The position numbers and the translations under genes are program-made. From the NCBI GenBank assembly GCA_963716745.1, contig OY970320.1:128001-192000 (forward strand): a stretch of DNA of 64,000 bases, written 5' to 3'. The notes below the pieces were generated by a model, which was not told the origin of the DNA, ran no database searches, and saw nothing but the letters and a program-made list of their open reading frames with translations. Positions 9,074 to 18,923 of the stretch are shown one piece after another (position 1 is the stretch's first letter; each line of letters opens with the position of its first letter). Source of the stretch: an uncultured Gemmatimonadaceae bacterium. Its GTDB lineage: Bacteria > Gemmatimonadota > Gemmatimonadetes > Gemmatimonadales > Gemmatimonadaceae.

Positions 9074-11104
9074 CTACGGATGGACCGTCGTCGTTCCTCC
9101 GATGTGATCGCGCACCCACTCCACCCATAACCGCGCGCGCTCCTTCGCGTTCACCGGGTCGCCCGATGCGTGCGCGCGCCCCACGAATCCCACGAACTTC
9201 GTCTCCACGCCGTTGTCCTTCATCGCGCGGTAGAGCGCGAAGGCCTGTGACGGCGGCACGCGGAAGTCCTCCATGTTCGACATCACGAGCGTCGGCGCGG
9301 TGATGTTCCTCGCGTACGTGATCGGCGACTGCTCACGGTACGCCTTCTCGCGCCCGCCCGTCCACGGCGAGCCGCCGAACAGGTACCGGATCGCGATGTT
9401 GCCGTCGCCCAGATTGTACATGTCTTCCCAATTGGTGACCGGCGCGCCCGCCATCGCGGCCTTCCATTCGGACGGATAATTGCCCAGCAGCCAACTCGTC
9501 ATGTATCCGCCGTAGCTCCAGCCGGTGACGGCGGTACGCGTCTTGTCCACGTAGGCGCGCTGCCGAAGCATGGCGACGCCGGCCATCACATCCTTCCCGG
9601 GGCCGGACCCGGCGTCGCCGACGATCGCCGCTTGATACGTGTTGCCCAGATTGTCGCTGCCGCGATAGTTCGGCGAGAACACGACCCAGCCTTCGGCCGC
9701 CATCAACTGTGCGAGCGAGCTGAAGCTGAGCTTCGACGCGCTCGTCGGACCACCGTGGATGAGCAGGACGAGCGGATACTTGCCCGACGGCGAGAATCCG
9801 GGTGGCAGCGTGATCGTGCCATCCTCGTCGAATCCGCTCGGCCCTTTCCAGGTGACGCGCTCCATCGCGCCCCACGCGACATCAGAAGCCCATGCGTTGA
9901 AGTCGGTCAAGCGCTTGGGCGTGCCCGCAGCGGAGGTCATGACGTAGAGTTCCGACGGCCGTCCGCCGCTCGTGGCGACGAACACGATCGCGCCGCTCTT
10001 CGCGACGGTCAGCTCGTAACCGAACGCGCCGTTCACGACGAGGTCGCCTAACTCGAGGCGCTTCGCCGGCGAGCCATCCACCGGCTGCACCCACACGCCC
10101 ACGCTCGTGCGGTCGTTCCCCGCGACGACGAGCGCCTTGCTGTCCGCCGTCCATTCTGCGCCGTACAGGTTCCGGTCGATCGCGCGCGTGATGCTCTTGC
10201 CCGTGCCGCCGGTGCTCGCCACCACATGCACTTCGTTCACCCATCCGGCCTCGCCGTTCCCATCGCGCGGCTGCCAGTAGGCGATCATCTTGCCGTCCGG
10301 CGAATACACCGGGTTGTTCTCGAAGCGGCGCGCGCTGGTGAGCGGCGTGATGGTTCCCGTCGCCACATCGAGGATGCGCACGCTCACCGAGTCGAGCTTC
10401 CCGCTCTCGGGCGCGGGCACGTGTGCGAACGCGATGCGCGCACCATCGGGGCTCCAGCTCAGTCCTGACGGCGGGCTGCCGGGCGGGAGCACGAACTCGA
10501 GCGTCCAGGCGCCGCTCGTGAGGCGCTTCGCCTCGCCGCCGATGGTGGGCACGAGCCAAATGTGCTGCGGCGTGAGCGGTTTCGTGAGGAACATGTCCTG
10601 CGCGCCCACCGTGAAGGTCGTGAGGTACTTCGCTTCGCCGGTCCGCTTCGCCGACTCGTCGTCCGCGGCGAAGGCGATCGCGCCGCCGTCGGGACGCCAG
10701 GAGTACATGTTCACGCCCGTCGGCGACGCGGTGAGTTGGCGCGCTTCACCGCCGGCCGCGGGGAGGAGCCAGATCTGGCCGTGCATCGCGGAGTCGGGGG
10801 CGACGAACGCGATCGTCTTTCCGTCCGGGCTCCAGTGCGGATCGTGCGCCGCGTGGCGCGCGGTGAGCGCGCGTGGAGCGCCGCCGGCGATGTCCACCGC
10901 CCAGATATCGGCCTCGTTCTTGTCGGTCGTGAAGTTCGGTCGCGAGACGACGAAGACGACCGTCTTCCCATCGGGCGACACGTCGGGCGAGGCGACGCCG
11001 ACGATCTTCGCGAACTGGTCGAGTGTGAACTTGTTCTGCGCACTCACGGACGACCGGGCGGCCGAAGCGAGCAGCGCAACGGCGAGAACGAGGCGACGCG
11101 ACAT
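9074..11104 (-). CDS. S9 family peptidase (acylaminoacyl/dipeptidyl peptidase) with beta-propeller
   Basis: Signal peptide, WSPDG repeats, IHGGP, GWSYGG nucleophile, EDFRV Asp, His. Confidence 0.93.
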   Translation of the reverse strand: MSRRLVLAVALLASAARSSVSAQNKFTLDQFAKIVGVASPDVSPDGKTVVFVVSRPNFTTDKNEADIWAVDIAGGAPRALTARHAAHDPHWSPDGKTIAFVAPDSAMHGQIWLLPAAGGEARQLTASPTGVNMYSWRPDGGAIAFAADDESAKRTGEAKYLTTFTVGAQDMFLTKPLTPQHIWLVPTIGGEAKRLTSGAWTLEFVLPPGSPPSGLSWSPDGARIAFAHVPAPESGKLDSVSVRILDVATGTITPLTSARRFENNPVYSPDGKMIAYWQPRDGNGEAGWVNEVHVVASTGGTGKSITRAIDRNLYGAEWTADSKALVVAGNDRTSVGVWVQPVDGSPAKRLELGDLVVNGAFGYELTVAKSGAIVFVATSGGRPSELYVMTSAAGTPKRLTDFNAWASDVAWGAMERVTWKGPSGFDEDGTITLPPGFSPSGKYPLVLLIHGGPTSASKLSFSSLAQLMAAEGWVVFSPNYRGSDNLGNTYQAAIVGDAGSGPGKDVMAGVAMLRQRAYVDKTRTAVTGWSYGGYMTSWLLGNYPSEWKAAMAGAPVTNWEDMYNLGDGNIAIRYLFGGSPWTGGREKAYREQSPITYARNITAPTLVMSNMEDFRVPPSQAFALYRAMKDNGVETKFVGFVGRAHASGDPVNAKERARLWVEWVRDHIGGTTTVHP

Positions 11105-11219
11105 GGGCGGATCTCCGATCGGGTGAAGCCGCCGGCCGGCGGCGCTCCAACGTTACGCCAAGTCGCTGCCGCCGGCGAGGAGCGCTAGATTGGTCCCACA
11201 CTTCTTCCGGGATCTCCGC

Positions 11220-13301
11220 ATGCGCCTGTACCGCTTCGCCATCGTCTCTGTCGCTCTTGCCGCCGCATCCGTCGCGCGCGCGCAGACCCCCGCGCCCGCC
11301 GATTCGTTCGCTTGGCTCTCCGACGTGCGCGGCGCGAAGCCCATGGCGTGGGTCGAGGCGCAGAACAAGACGACGCTCGCCGCGCTGCAGGCAGCCCCGG
11401 TGTACGACTCGCTCTACCGCCGCATCCTCCAGGTGCTCAGCTCGAACAAGCGCATCGCCTATCCTGATCAGATGGGCAAGTATCTCTACAATTTCTGGCA
11501 GGACAGCACGCACCCACGCGGCATTTGGCGGCGCACCACGCCGGCCTCGTACGCCGCCGCTGCTCCCGCGTGGGAGACGATCATCGATGTCGATGCGCTC
11601 TCGAAGAGCGAGAACGCCACGTGGGCCTGGAAGGGCGCGAACTGCCTGCCGCCCGAATACCGGCATTGCCTCGTGAGTCTCTCGCGCGGCGGCGGCGACG
11701 CCGTGGAAGTGCGCGAATTCGACGCGAACACGCGCCGTTTCGTGGCCGGCGGCTTCCATCTGCCCGAGGGGAAGAGTTCCACCGCGTGGCAGGATCAGAA
11801 CACGCTCCTCGTCTCCACCGATTTCGGTGACAGCAGCATGACGACGTCCGGCTATCCTCGCATCGCAAAGCTCTGGAAGCGCGGCACGCCACTCAGCGCC
11901 GCGACCACGCTCTTCGAGGGGAAGACCACGGACGTATGGGTGTTCGTGGGCGCGAATTACGCCGGCGGGCATACGATCCCCGTCGTCAACAACGGGATCA
12001 CCTTCTTCACGACCGTGAACCGCGTGCTCCGCGACGGCAAGCTGGTGCTGCTCGAGATCCCGCAGGACGCGGACTACGGTTTCGTGGGCGACCGCCTCAT
12101 TGTCTACCTCCGCACGCCGTGGACGGTGAGCGGCAGCACATACGCCGAGGGCGCATTGCTGAGCATCGGCGCGAACGACTTCTTCGCCGGCAAGCGCGAC
12201 TTCACGACCATCCTTGCGCCCACCGACAAGATCGCGATCGACGGCTTCTCCACCACGAAGGACTACGTGCTGGTGTCGCTGCTCAACAACGTGAATGCCG
12301 AGCTGCACCGCTACGCGTTCCACGATGGCAAGTGGACCGGCTCGCGGCTTCCCGCGCCATCGTTCGGCAACGTGTCGGTGCGCAGCACCGATCCCGTGAG
12401 CGACGAGTTCTATTTCAGCTACGACTCCTTCCTGAGCCCTACGACGCTCTACGCTGTGTCGCCGGCGGGGAAGAGCACGATGGTGAAGCAGCTGCCGGCT
12501 CTGTTCAACGCCAATGGCCTCGAGACGACGCAGCTCGAAGCGACGAGCGCCGACGGCACGCAGGTGCCGTATTTCATCGTGATGAAGAAGGGACTCGCGA
12601 GGGACGGGAACAATCCCACGCTGCTGCGGGCGTACGGAGGTTTCCAGGTGTCGTCGCTGCCGAACTACAGCGCCACGACCGGTGCCGCATGGCTCGAGCG
12701 CGGCGGCGTGCTCGTGCTCGCCAACATTCGTGGCGGCGGCGAGTTCGGCCCCGCGTGGCATCGCGCCGCGCTCAAGGAGAACCGCCAGCGCGCGTACGAT
12801 GACTTCCTCGCGGTCGCGCAGGATCTCATCACGCGCAAGATCACCTCGCCCGCGCACCTGGGCATCAACGGCGGCAGCAACGGCGGCCTGTTGGTTGGTG
12901 TCGCGCTCACCGAAAAGCCGGAGCTGTTCGGCGCGGTGGTCTCCGCGGTGCCGCTGCTCGACATGTACGGTTACACCAAACTCCAGGCCGGGGCGAGCTG
13001 GATCGGCGAATACGGCGATCCGCAGATCCCCGAGCAGTGGGCATACATCTCCAAGTATTCGCCCTATCAGAACGTGTCGGCCACGAAGCAGTACCCGCCC
13101 GTGCTATTCACCACGACCACCGCCGACGATCGCGTGGGTCCGGTGCACGCGCGGAAGATGGCGGCGCTCATGGAATCGCAGGGGCACAAGGTGCTCTTCT
13201 TCGAGAACACCGAGGGCGGGCATGGCGCGGGCGACACGCCGGAGCAGCAGGCCACCTTCTGGGCGGTGACCTACACGTTCCTGGTCACCACGCTGCGGTA
13301 G
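11220..13301 (+). CDS. prolyl oligopeptidase (S9A)
   Basis: ANIRGGGEFG, GGSNGG, DDRV, GGHG. Confidence 0.95.
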   Translation: MRLYRFAIVSVALAAASVARAQTPAPADSFAWLSDVRGAKPMAWVEAQNKTTLAALQAAPVYDSLYRRILQVLSSNKRIAYPDQMGKYLYNFWQDSTHPRGIWRRTTPASYAAAAPAWETIIDVDALSKSENATWAWKGANCLPPEYRHCLVSLSRGGGDAVEVREFDANTRRFVAGGFHLPEGKSSTAWQDQNTLLVSTDFGDSSMTTSGYPRIAKLWKRGTPLSAATTLFEGKTTDVWVFVGANYAGGHTIPVVNNGITFFTTVNRVLRDGKLVLLEIPQDADYGFVGDRLIVYLRTPWTVSGSTYAEGALLSIGANDFFAGKRDFTTILAPTDKIAIDGFSTTKDYVLVSLLNNVNAELHRYAFHDGKWTGSRLPAPSFGNVSVRSTDPVSDEFYFSYDSFLSPTTLYAVSPAGKSTMVKQLPALFNANGLETTQLEATSADGTQVPYFIVMKKGLARDGNNPTLLRAYGGFQVSSLPNYSATTGAAWLERGGVLVLANIRGGGEFGPAWHRAALKENRQRAYDDFLAVAQDLITRKITSPAHLGINGGSNGGLLVGVALTEKPELFGAVVSAVPLLDMYGYTKLQAGASWIGEYGDPQIPEQWAYISKYSPYQNVSATKQYPPVLFTTTTADDRVGPVHARKMAALMESQGHKVLFFENTEGGHGAGDTPEQQATFWAVTYTFLVTTLR

Positions 13302-13304
13302 CGG

Positions 13305-14799
13305 TCAGTACTTCGCTTTCGCCAGCGCGGCGTCCACCCACCCGATCGCGTCGGGCGTGCGCGACCAGTCCACGTGCACGTCCGGCGGGATGCCGGTGCC
13401 GCGCATGCCCATGTACGGGAGGTCGGGCCGCGCGGTGATCACGGGGTAGCCGAGGTACCAGCGTTTGCCCGTGTCGCCCACGCGCACGATCGTCACGCTC
13501 ATGTAGTCGAGCGCGCCGGCGGTGTTCTGCCCGTACACGATCACGCGCATGCTGCGCCGCGCTTCGCGGAGGAAGACTTCTGCCGCGCTCACGGTGCCGC
13601 CGTCGATGAGCACGGCGACGCGCGCGGGTCCTCGCTCCACGGTGTCCACCCACATGCTGTCGGGCTTGATGCGGCTCACCGAATCCGTGGAGTCGCGCAG
13701 GCGGTCGAGATCATCGCTGAGCGGCACGAGCCCGCCGGGGCTCTCCGCAAGACGCGAGAGCACCCGCACGATCGACGCCGAATCGCTCGAGATGTTCTCG
13801 GAACGCTGTTCGACGTACTTGATGTTGTCGGGAGACGAGAGCATCTGCGGTTCGTCCGGCGGAACGTGCGCCGGCCTTTTCTCCGTGCTCATGATGAGCG
13901 GCAGCACCGTGTCCGTCACCCACGATGATCCGCCCTCGTTGCCGCGGATGTCGATGATCATCCGCGGCGCGCGGAGTATCGCGTCGCGATTCTTGTCCAC
14001 GATCGAGAAGAGCGCTTGGCGGTACGTGGGGTCGTTGGACGGGATCGAGAGTACCGCCGTGTTGCCGCGCCAGGTCAGCGTCGCGACCTCGGGCTGCTCG
14101 AGCGACACGAGTCCGGAGTCCGCAGCGGCCACCGGGAATTCCTTGGCCCACATTCCGGGATCGAAACGCAGCAATGTGTTCTTGTGGATGTGCGCGGTGG
14201 TGAACCGCTTCGATAGGTTCGCGCTCCACAGCGTGCCATCGTATTTGCCGTCGCTTCGGCGCGCGAATCGCGCCCGTACATCGCCCGCGTGCCACGTTGC
14301 GCTGTCCGGCGTGAGCACCACCGCCACGAAACGGCCGTCGCCGCCCGACGGAGCACGGACCACCGCGACGCGCAGTGCACCGTCCTTCCAGAATGCCCTC
14401 CACCGGATCGAGATGCTTCGCGTTCTTCGCGAGATATCGGCGCAGCGTATCCTCGGATACGGGCAGCCGCTCGAGGAACCCCGCCGTCGCCGCGCGCTTC
14501 GCGATCTCGAGCGTGTCGAGATACGTCTGCTGGAAGACGAACACATGCGGATCGTGGAACTGCTCGGCGTACGCGTTCAGCACGAAGTAACAATCGTCGC
14601 CCTGCGCGGCCGCCGCGCGAACGCGCAGCGCCGAGAGCGTGGAGTCGTACTGCGGGCGCCGCCGCGACCGTTTCACCTCGAGCACGAACCCCGCGTAGTT
14701 CGCCTCCGCCTTCGCCGCCATCCCGTCGAGCACCATGGAACACGAGGGCAGGGAATCAGAGCGGGCAGTGACAGCGAGCAGAAGAAGCGTCCCGAGCAC
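13305..14799 (-). CDS. S41 family peptidase (frameshift near 14390)
   Basis: IIDIRGNEGG, TVSAAEVF, GQNTAG, GIPPDV; signal peptide lies in the upstream frame. Confidence 0.85.
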
Positions 14800-14861
14800 G
14801 GTGTCGTTCTCCGAGTGATTCGCGATGAGTACTACGTGGGAACCGCGAGGCGGATTCAGGG

Positions 14862-14904
14862 TGCAGTCTAGGTCTAACGTCTCAGTCTAGCGTCTGCTCT
14901 TGCA
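14862..14904. repeat. degenerate TCTAG(G/CG) repeat tract related to the palindromes at 20695 and 22472
   Basis: GTCTAGGTCTAACGTCTCAGTCTAGCGTCT resembles the right arm of those elements. Confidence 0.6.
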
Positions 14905-14956
14905 GTTGTTAGTAAGCGCCCCCACATTCGCCCCGTTCCTCAATCGGAGGCCGTCG

Positions 14957-15376
14957 ATGGGCAAGATCAACGTGGGACGTGTCATAATCGGCGGTCTCGC
15001 CGCCGGGCTCGTGCTCAACATCAGTGAGACCATTCTCAACACGGTGGTCCTCGGCGCGGATCTCGCGTCGCAGCTCGCCAGGATGGGGCTGCCACCCGTC
15101 GGCGGTTCGGCGATCGGCGTGTTCGTCTTCCTCTGCTTCATGCTCGGTATCGTCACCGTATGGTTGTACGCCGCAATCCGCCCGCGGTTCGGCCCCGGCC
15201 CCAAGACGGCGTCGCTCGCGGGCGCCGCGGTGTTCTTCTTCGCGTACCTCTACGGCGCGCTGGGGATGCTCGTCATGGGCTTCTTCTCGTCGCGCGTGTT
15301 GATGATCTCGCTCCCGTGGGGCTTCGTCGAAGTCATGCTCGCGGCCAACGTGGGCGCGTACCTGTACAAGGAATAG
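14957..15376 (+). CDS. hypothetical 4-TM membrane protein
   Basis: GGAGG RBS, four hydrophobic helices, WLYAAIRPRFGPG. Confidence 0.8.
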   Translation: MGKINVGRVIIGGLAAGLVLNISETILNTVVLGADLASQLARMGLPPVGGSAIGVFVFLCFMLGIVTVWLYAAIRPRFGPGPKTASLAGAAVFFFAYLYGALGMLVMGFFSSRVLMISLPWGFVEVMLAANVGAYLYKE

Positions 15377-15486
15377 GCCTTTTGGCGTACAGCGCTGCGG
15401 CTGTTTGGGCTCCGCCCCTACGTCCTCGTCGCGCGCTGGTTGCCTGGCTCAGCTGTGTTACGTAGTGTACTGAAGTACCGTCAGAT

Positions 15487-15545
15487 AGGTATATATATAC
15501 TTGATAATGGTAGTAATATACCATACCTTAGGTATCCATATACCC
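15487..15545 (+). promoter_or_regulatory. AT-rich promoter with overlapping palindromes (putative operator)
   Basis: TTGATA-N17-TACCTT; palindromes GTATATATATAC, ATGGTA-N6-TACCAT, ATACCT-T-AGGTAT. Confidence 0.55.
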
Positions 15546-15553
15546 ACAATCAA

Positions 15554-16555
15554 ATGCCTGCTACTGCGAGACCATCGTCGGCGATTCGAACCCCTCTTGA
15601 TACGCTATTTGGCAGCGTAGCGACGGTGCGTGTTGTCCGCGCTCTTGCCCGCGATAGTCTGCCAATAAGTCAAGCAGAGTTGGCGAGGCGCGCGCAGATC
15701 AACTTGCGCGGGCTCTCAAGCATTCTAGTCAAACTTGATCAGGGTGGGTTGCTTGAATTTGTTGGGCGTGGGCGGAGTCGTCAGTTGCGCCTGCGAGACC
15801 GTTCTCCGTTGGCGCCGGCGATCCGACAGCTATTTCAAGCGGAGGCAATTCGTGCGGAGGGCCTGCCGCACCGGCTGACCGAACTTGGAAATGAGTTTGC
15901 GTCCGACGTTCAATCCGTGTGGCTAAGAAGCGGCGGAGCCGAGGGCGTGGGGAGCGGAGACATGTTCATTGAGGTCGGGCTCCTTTGGACAGGAGTACCT
16001 TCGCTTAAGACGCGAGAGAAGGTTCAGCAGCGGCTGAACGACATCCAGTCGCGGTGTGATGTCTTACTCGAGCTTCACTCGTTCACGTCCGCAGACTTGA
16101 AGATTGCTGACACGTCAGAGCTTCTCGCATTCGACAATGCAGAGCCAGTCTTCGGGCCGTCTCCAGCCGACTTGATTCGCTCGTGGAAATCGAATCCCCG
16201 ACAGTCAGAACCTGGCGAGCCGAGAGAAAGGGGGCCGATAGCGCACGAGCTTCACGACCGGAGATCCATGCGCGTTGCCATGGCTATTGCGGAGAAACTG
16301 ACGCGCGATCCGTCGATCGTAGAAAAGGCGCGGAAGTACCTTGACCGTCGCGACGCGATTGCTGGAGATGCGGAGAGAGTGACCCTCAGCGAGTGGCGTG
16401 GGATTCTCGACACGCTGTCAGTTCGCCAGTTGCGAGCGTTCCTCGTGTCGACAAGCGAACGGGCTGCTCGTTTGCGGCAAAGCTCACCGTTTCTCGGCGT
16501 ACTTTCGGCCGACGAGCGTGAAATTATCTATCGGGCGAAGACACCGAGAGCATGA
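15554..16555 (+). CDS. wHTH + degenerate nucleotidyltransferase-like + antitoxin-like C-terminal domain protein
   Basis: N-terminal LFGS..SQAELARRA wHTH; central VQSVWLRSG..GDMFIEV; C-terminal RLRQSSPFLGVLS..ERE; atypical codon usage. Confidence 0.6.
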   Translation: MPATARPSSAIRTPLDTLFGSVATVRVVRALARDSLPISQAELARRAQINLRGLSSILVKLDQGGLLEFVGRGRSRQLRLRDRSPLAPAIRQLFQAEAIRAEGLPHRLTELGNEFASDVQSVWLRSGGAEGVGSGDMFIEVGLLWTGVPSLKTREKVQQRLNDIQSRCDVLLELHSFTSADLKIADTSELLAFDNAEPVFGPSPADLIRSWKSNPRQSEPGEPRERGPIAHELHDRRSMRVAMAIAEKLTRDPSIVEKARKYLDRRDAIAGDAERVTLSEWRGILDTLSVRQLRAFLVSTSERAARLRQSSPFLGVLSADEREIIYRAKTPRA

Positions 16556-17097
16556 CCCGCGACCAACTGGAGCAAGCGGTTAGAGCGGCCTGCGAGATTT
16601 CGGGCGACAACGTCGTGATCGTGTTCGGCTCTCAGGCGATCCTGGGACAATACGAGGATGCGGCACCAACGCTGAGGCAGTCCGTCGAAGTGGATCTGAT
16701 GCCCGATACGCTCCGCGAGAATGTCGACAAGATTGACGGCTCTCTTGGTGAGGATTCGCGCTTTCACCAGACTCACGGTTTTTATGTTCACGGAGTCGAC
16801 ATCGAAACCGCCAAGCTTCCTCCGGACTGGAGGACGCGCGCGATTGAGCTTGTTCCGGCGGGCTCCCCACATCTTAAGGCGCTCTGCATAGAGGCGCACG
16901 ACCTGGCGGCAAGTAAGCTCGCGGCATTTCGAGACAAGGACAAGGAGTTTGTGTCCACGATGCTGACTGAGAGATACGTCAAGACGCAAAAGCTTCACGC
17001 TCGGATTCGATCACTACCAGTCGATGAGCAGCTCCGGTCGAAGCTCACGGGCTGGTTGCGGGAGACAGCGAAGCTTGTGGCACTCTCACGCGAGTAG
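16552..17097 (+). CDS. DUF6036-like nucleotidyltransferase (putative toxin)
   Basis: ATGA overlap; IVFGSQAILG, SVEVDL, GEDSRFHQTHGFY, HDLAASKLAAFRDKD. Confidence 0.8.
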   Translation: MTRDQLEQAVRAACEISGDNVVIVFGSQAILGQYEDAAPTLRQSVEVDLMPDTLRENVDKIDGSLGEDSRFHQTHGFYVHGVDIETAKLPPDWRTRAIELVPAGSPHLKALCIEAHDLAASKLAAFRDKDKEFVSTMLTERYVKTQKLHARIRSLPVDEQLRSKLTGWLRETAKLVALSRE

Positions 17098-17159
17098 TGG
17101 TGGTGATGATGATCATGATGATCAGGCTTAGGCCGAGCGATGCCTCTTGTGCGCGCAGC

Positions 17160-18923
17160 ATGCGGGCGAGCCGAATCGCTGCCGCTGCATCCTTGTGTCT
17201 AGTCTCACTCGCGGCGCCCGCCGGCGCGCAGCGCGATGGCGACTGGACCATGCCCGCGCGCGACTATGCGTCGACGCGCTTCAGCGAGCTCGCGCAGATC
17301 ACGCCCGCCAACGTCAAGAAACTCCAGAACGTCTGGACCTTCTCCACCGGCGTGCTCGGCGGGCACGAGGGACAGCCGCTCGTCGTGAACAACACGATGT
17401 ATGTGGTCACGCCGTGGCCGAACGTGCTCTATGCGTTCGACCTCACGCAGGAAGGGTATCCGCTCAAATGGAAATACCGGCCGGCGGTGTCACCCAACGC
17501 GATCGGCATCGCGTGCTGCGACGCCGTGAACCGCGGCGCCTTTTACGCGGATCACAAGATCATCTACAACCTGCTCGATGGGCACACCGTGGCCATCGAC
17601 GCGGAGAGCGGCAAGGAGCTCTGGAACACGCAGGTCGCGGATCTCGCGCACGGTGAGACCACGCCCATGGCGCCCTTCGTCGTGGGCGACCGAGTGATCG
17701 TCGGCCCTTCGGGCGGCGAGTTCGGCATCCACGGCTGGCTGAAGGGGCTCGATCTCGCCAGCGGTAAGCTCATGTGGACCGCGTACAACATGGGACCCGA
17801 CAGCATCATGCTCTCCAAGGCCGGCTCCGCCAAATTCTTCTACGACAAGGGCGCCGAACTTGGAACCAGCACGTGGGGTTCCGATTCGTGGATGCACGGC
17901 GGCGCGCCGGTGTGGGGCTGGTTCTCGTTCGATGCGCAGCTCGATCTCGTGTACTACGGCGTTGGCAATCCCGCGCCGTACAATCCGGAGCAGCGGCCCG
18001 GCGACAATAAGTGGACCGCGAGCGTGATCGCGCGCCGCCCCGCCGACGGATCCATCGCGTGGGCCTACCAGTTCACACCGCACGACAGTTGGGACTTCGA
18101 CGCGACCGCCGAGCTCGTGCTCGTGGACCTCGAGATCAACGGCAAGCTCCGCCACACGCTCGTGCAGTTCAACAAGAACGGATTCGCGTACACGCTCGAT
18201 CGCGCGACCGGCGAAGTGCTCGTCGCCCAACCGTTCGTCGAAACGAACTGGGCGAAGCGCATCGATCTTGCGACGGGCCGTCCGGTGCTCGATTCGACGA
18301 AACTCACCGGCGCGAGTCGCGGCAACGTGAAGCACATCTGTCCCACGCTCGAGGGCGGGAAGACGCCGGCGGCGCCGGTGGCGTACTCGCCGCTCACGAA
18401 ACTCTTCTACGTGAGCACGAACAACATGTGCATGGATTACGCGGCCACGCCGGTCACGCACATCGCCGGCACGCCGTACATCGGCGCGAATTCGCCGTAC
18501 TACGCGGGCGCGGGCGGCCACATGGGCGCGTTCATCGCGTGGGATGCGGCCACCGGGAAGAAAGTGTGGGAGATCAAGGAGCGGTATCCGGTGTGGAGCG
18601 GCGTGGTGGCGACGGGCGGCGGCGTGGTGTTCTACGGCACGCTCGATGGTTGGTTCAAAGCGGTGGACGCGCGCAGCGGCGCGGTGCTCTGGAAATTCAA
18701 GGTCGGCTCCGGGATCGTCGGCAATCCGATCACGTACCGCGGCCCCGACGGAAGACAATATGTCGCCGTGTACGCGGGCATCGGCGGCGACTGGTTCCTG
18801 CTCTCGGGCGACGTACGGAGCGACGATCCCGCCGACGTGCGCGACGCGGCGCCGTTCGTGAAGGATCTCGCGCGCCGCACGAGCCAGGGCGGCATCGTGT
18901 ACCTTTTCGCGCTCCAGCCGTGA
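17160..18923 (+). CDS. PQQ-dependent methanol/ethanol dehydrogenase family, lanthanide-type (XoxF-like)
   Basis: Signal peptide, GHEGQPLV, ACCDAVNRG vicinal cysteines, GGEFG, GNPAP..RPGDNKW, TPHDSWDFD. Confidence 0.92.
   Translation: MRASRIAAAASLCLVSLAAPAGAQRDGDWTMPARDYASTRFSELAQITPANVKKLQNVWTFSTGVLGGHEGQPLVVNNTMYVVTPWPNVLYAFDLTQEGYPLKWKYRPAVSPNAIGIACCDAVNRGAFYADHKIIYNLLDGHTVAIDAESGKELWNTQVADLAHGETTPMAPFVVGDRVIVGPSGGEFGIHGWLKGLDLASGKLMWTAYNMGPDSIMLSKAGSAKFFYDKGAELGTSTWGSDSWMHGGAPVWGWFSFDAQLDLVYYGVGNPAPYNPEQRPGDNKWTASVIARRPADGSIAWAYQFTPHDSWDFDATAELVLVDLEINGKLRHTLVQFNKNGFAYTLDRATGEVLVAQPFVETNWAKRIDLATGRPVLDSTKLTGASRGNVKHICPTLEGGKTPAAPVAYSPLTKLFYVSTNNMCMDYAATPVTHIAGTPYIGANSPYYAGAGGHMGAFIAWDAATGKKVWEIKERYPVWSGVVATGGGVVFYGTLDGWFKAVDARSGAVLWKFKVGSGIVGNPITYRGPDGRQYVAVYAGIGGDWFLLSGDVRSDDPADVRDAAPFVKDLARRTSQGGIVYLFALQP

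Noticed and set aside
10746..12857. Long antisense or alternate-frame ORFs (also 17490-19412, 30850-32916, 38184-39827, 56158-57366)
   Set aside because: Shadow ORFs expected at high GC, Arg/Ala-rich without motifs; only the dedA part of 30850-32916 is real
17093..17125. His-rich peptide (DHHDHHHHH) on the minus strand next to the metal-dependent dehydrogenase
   Set aside because: That frame has an upstream TAG and no start codon before the His run
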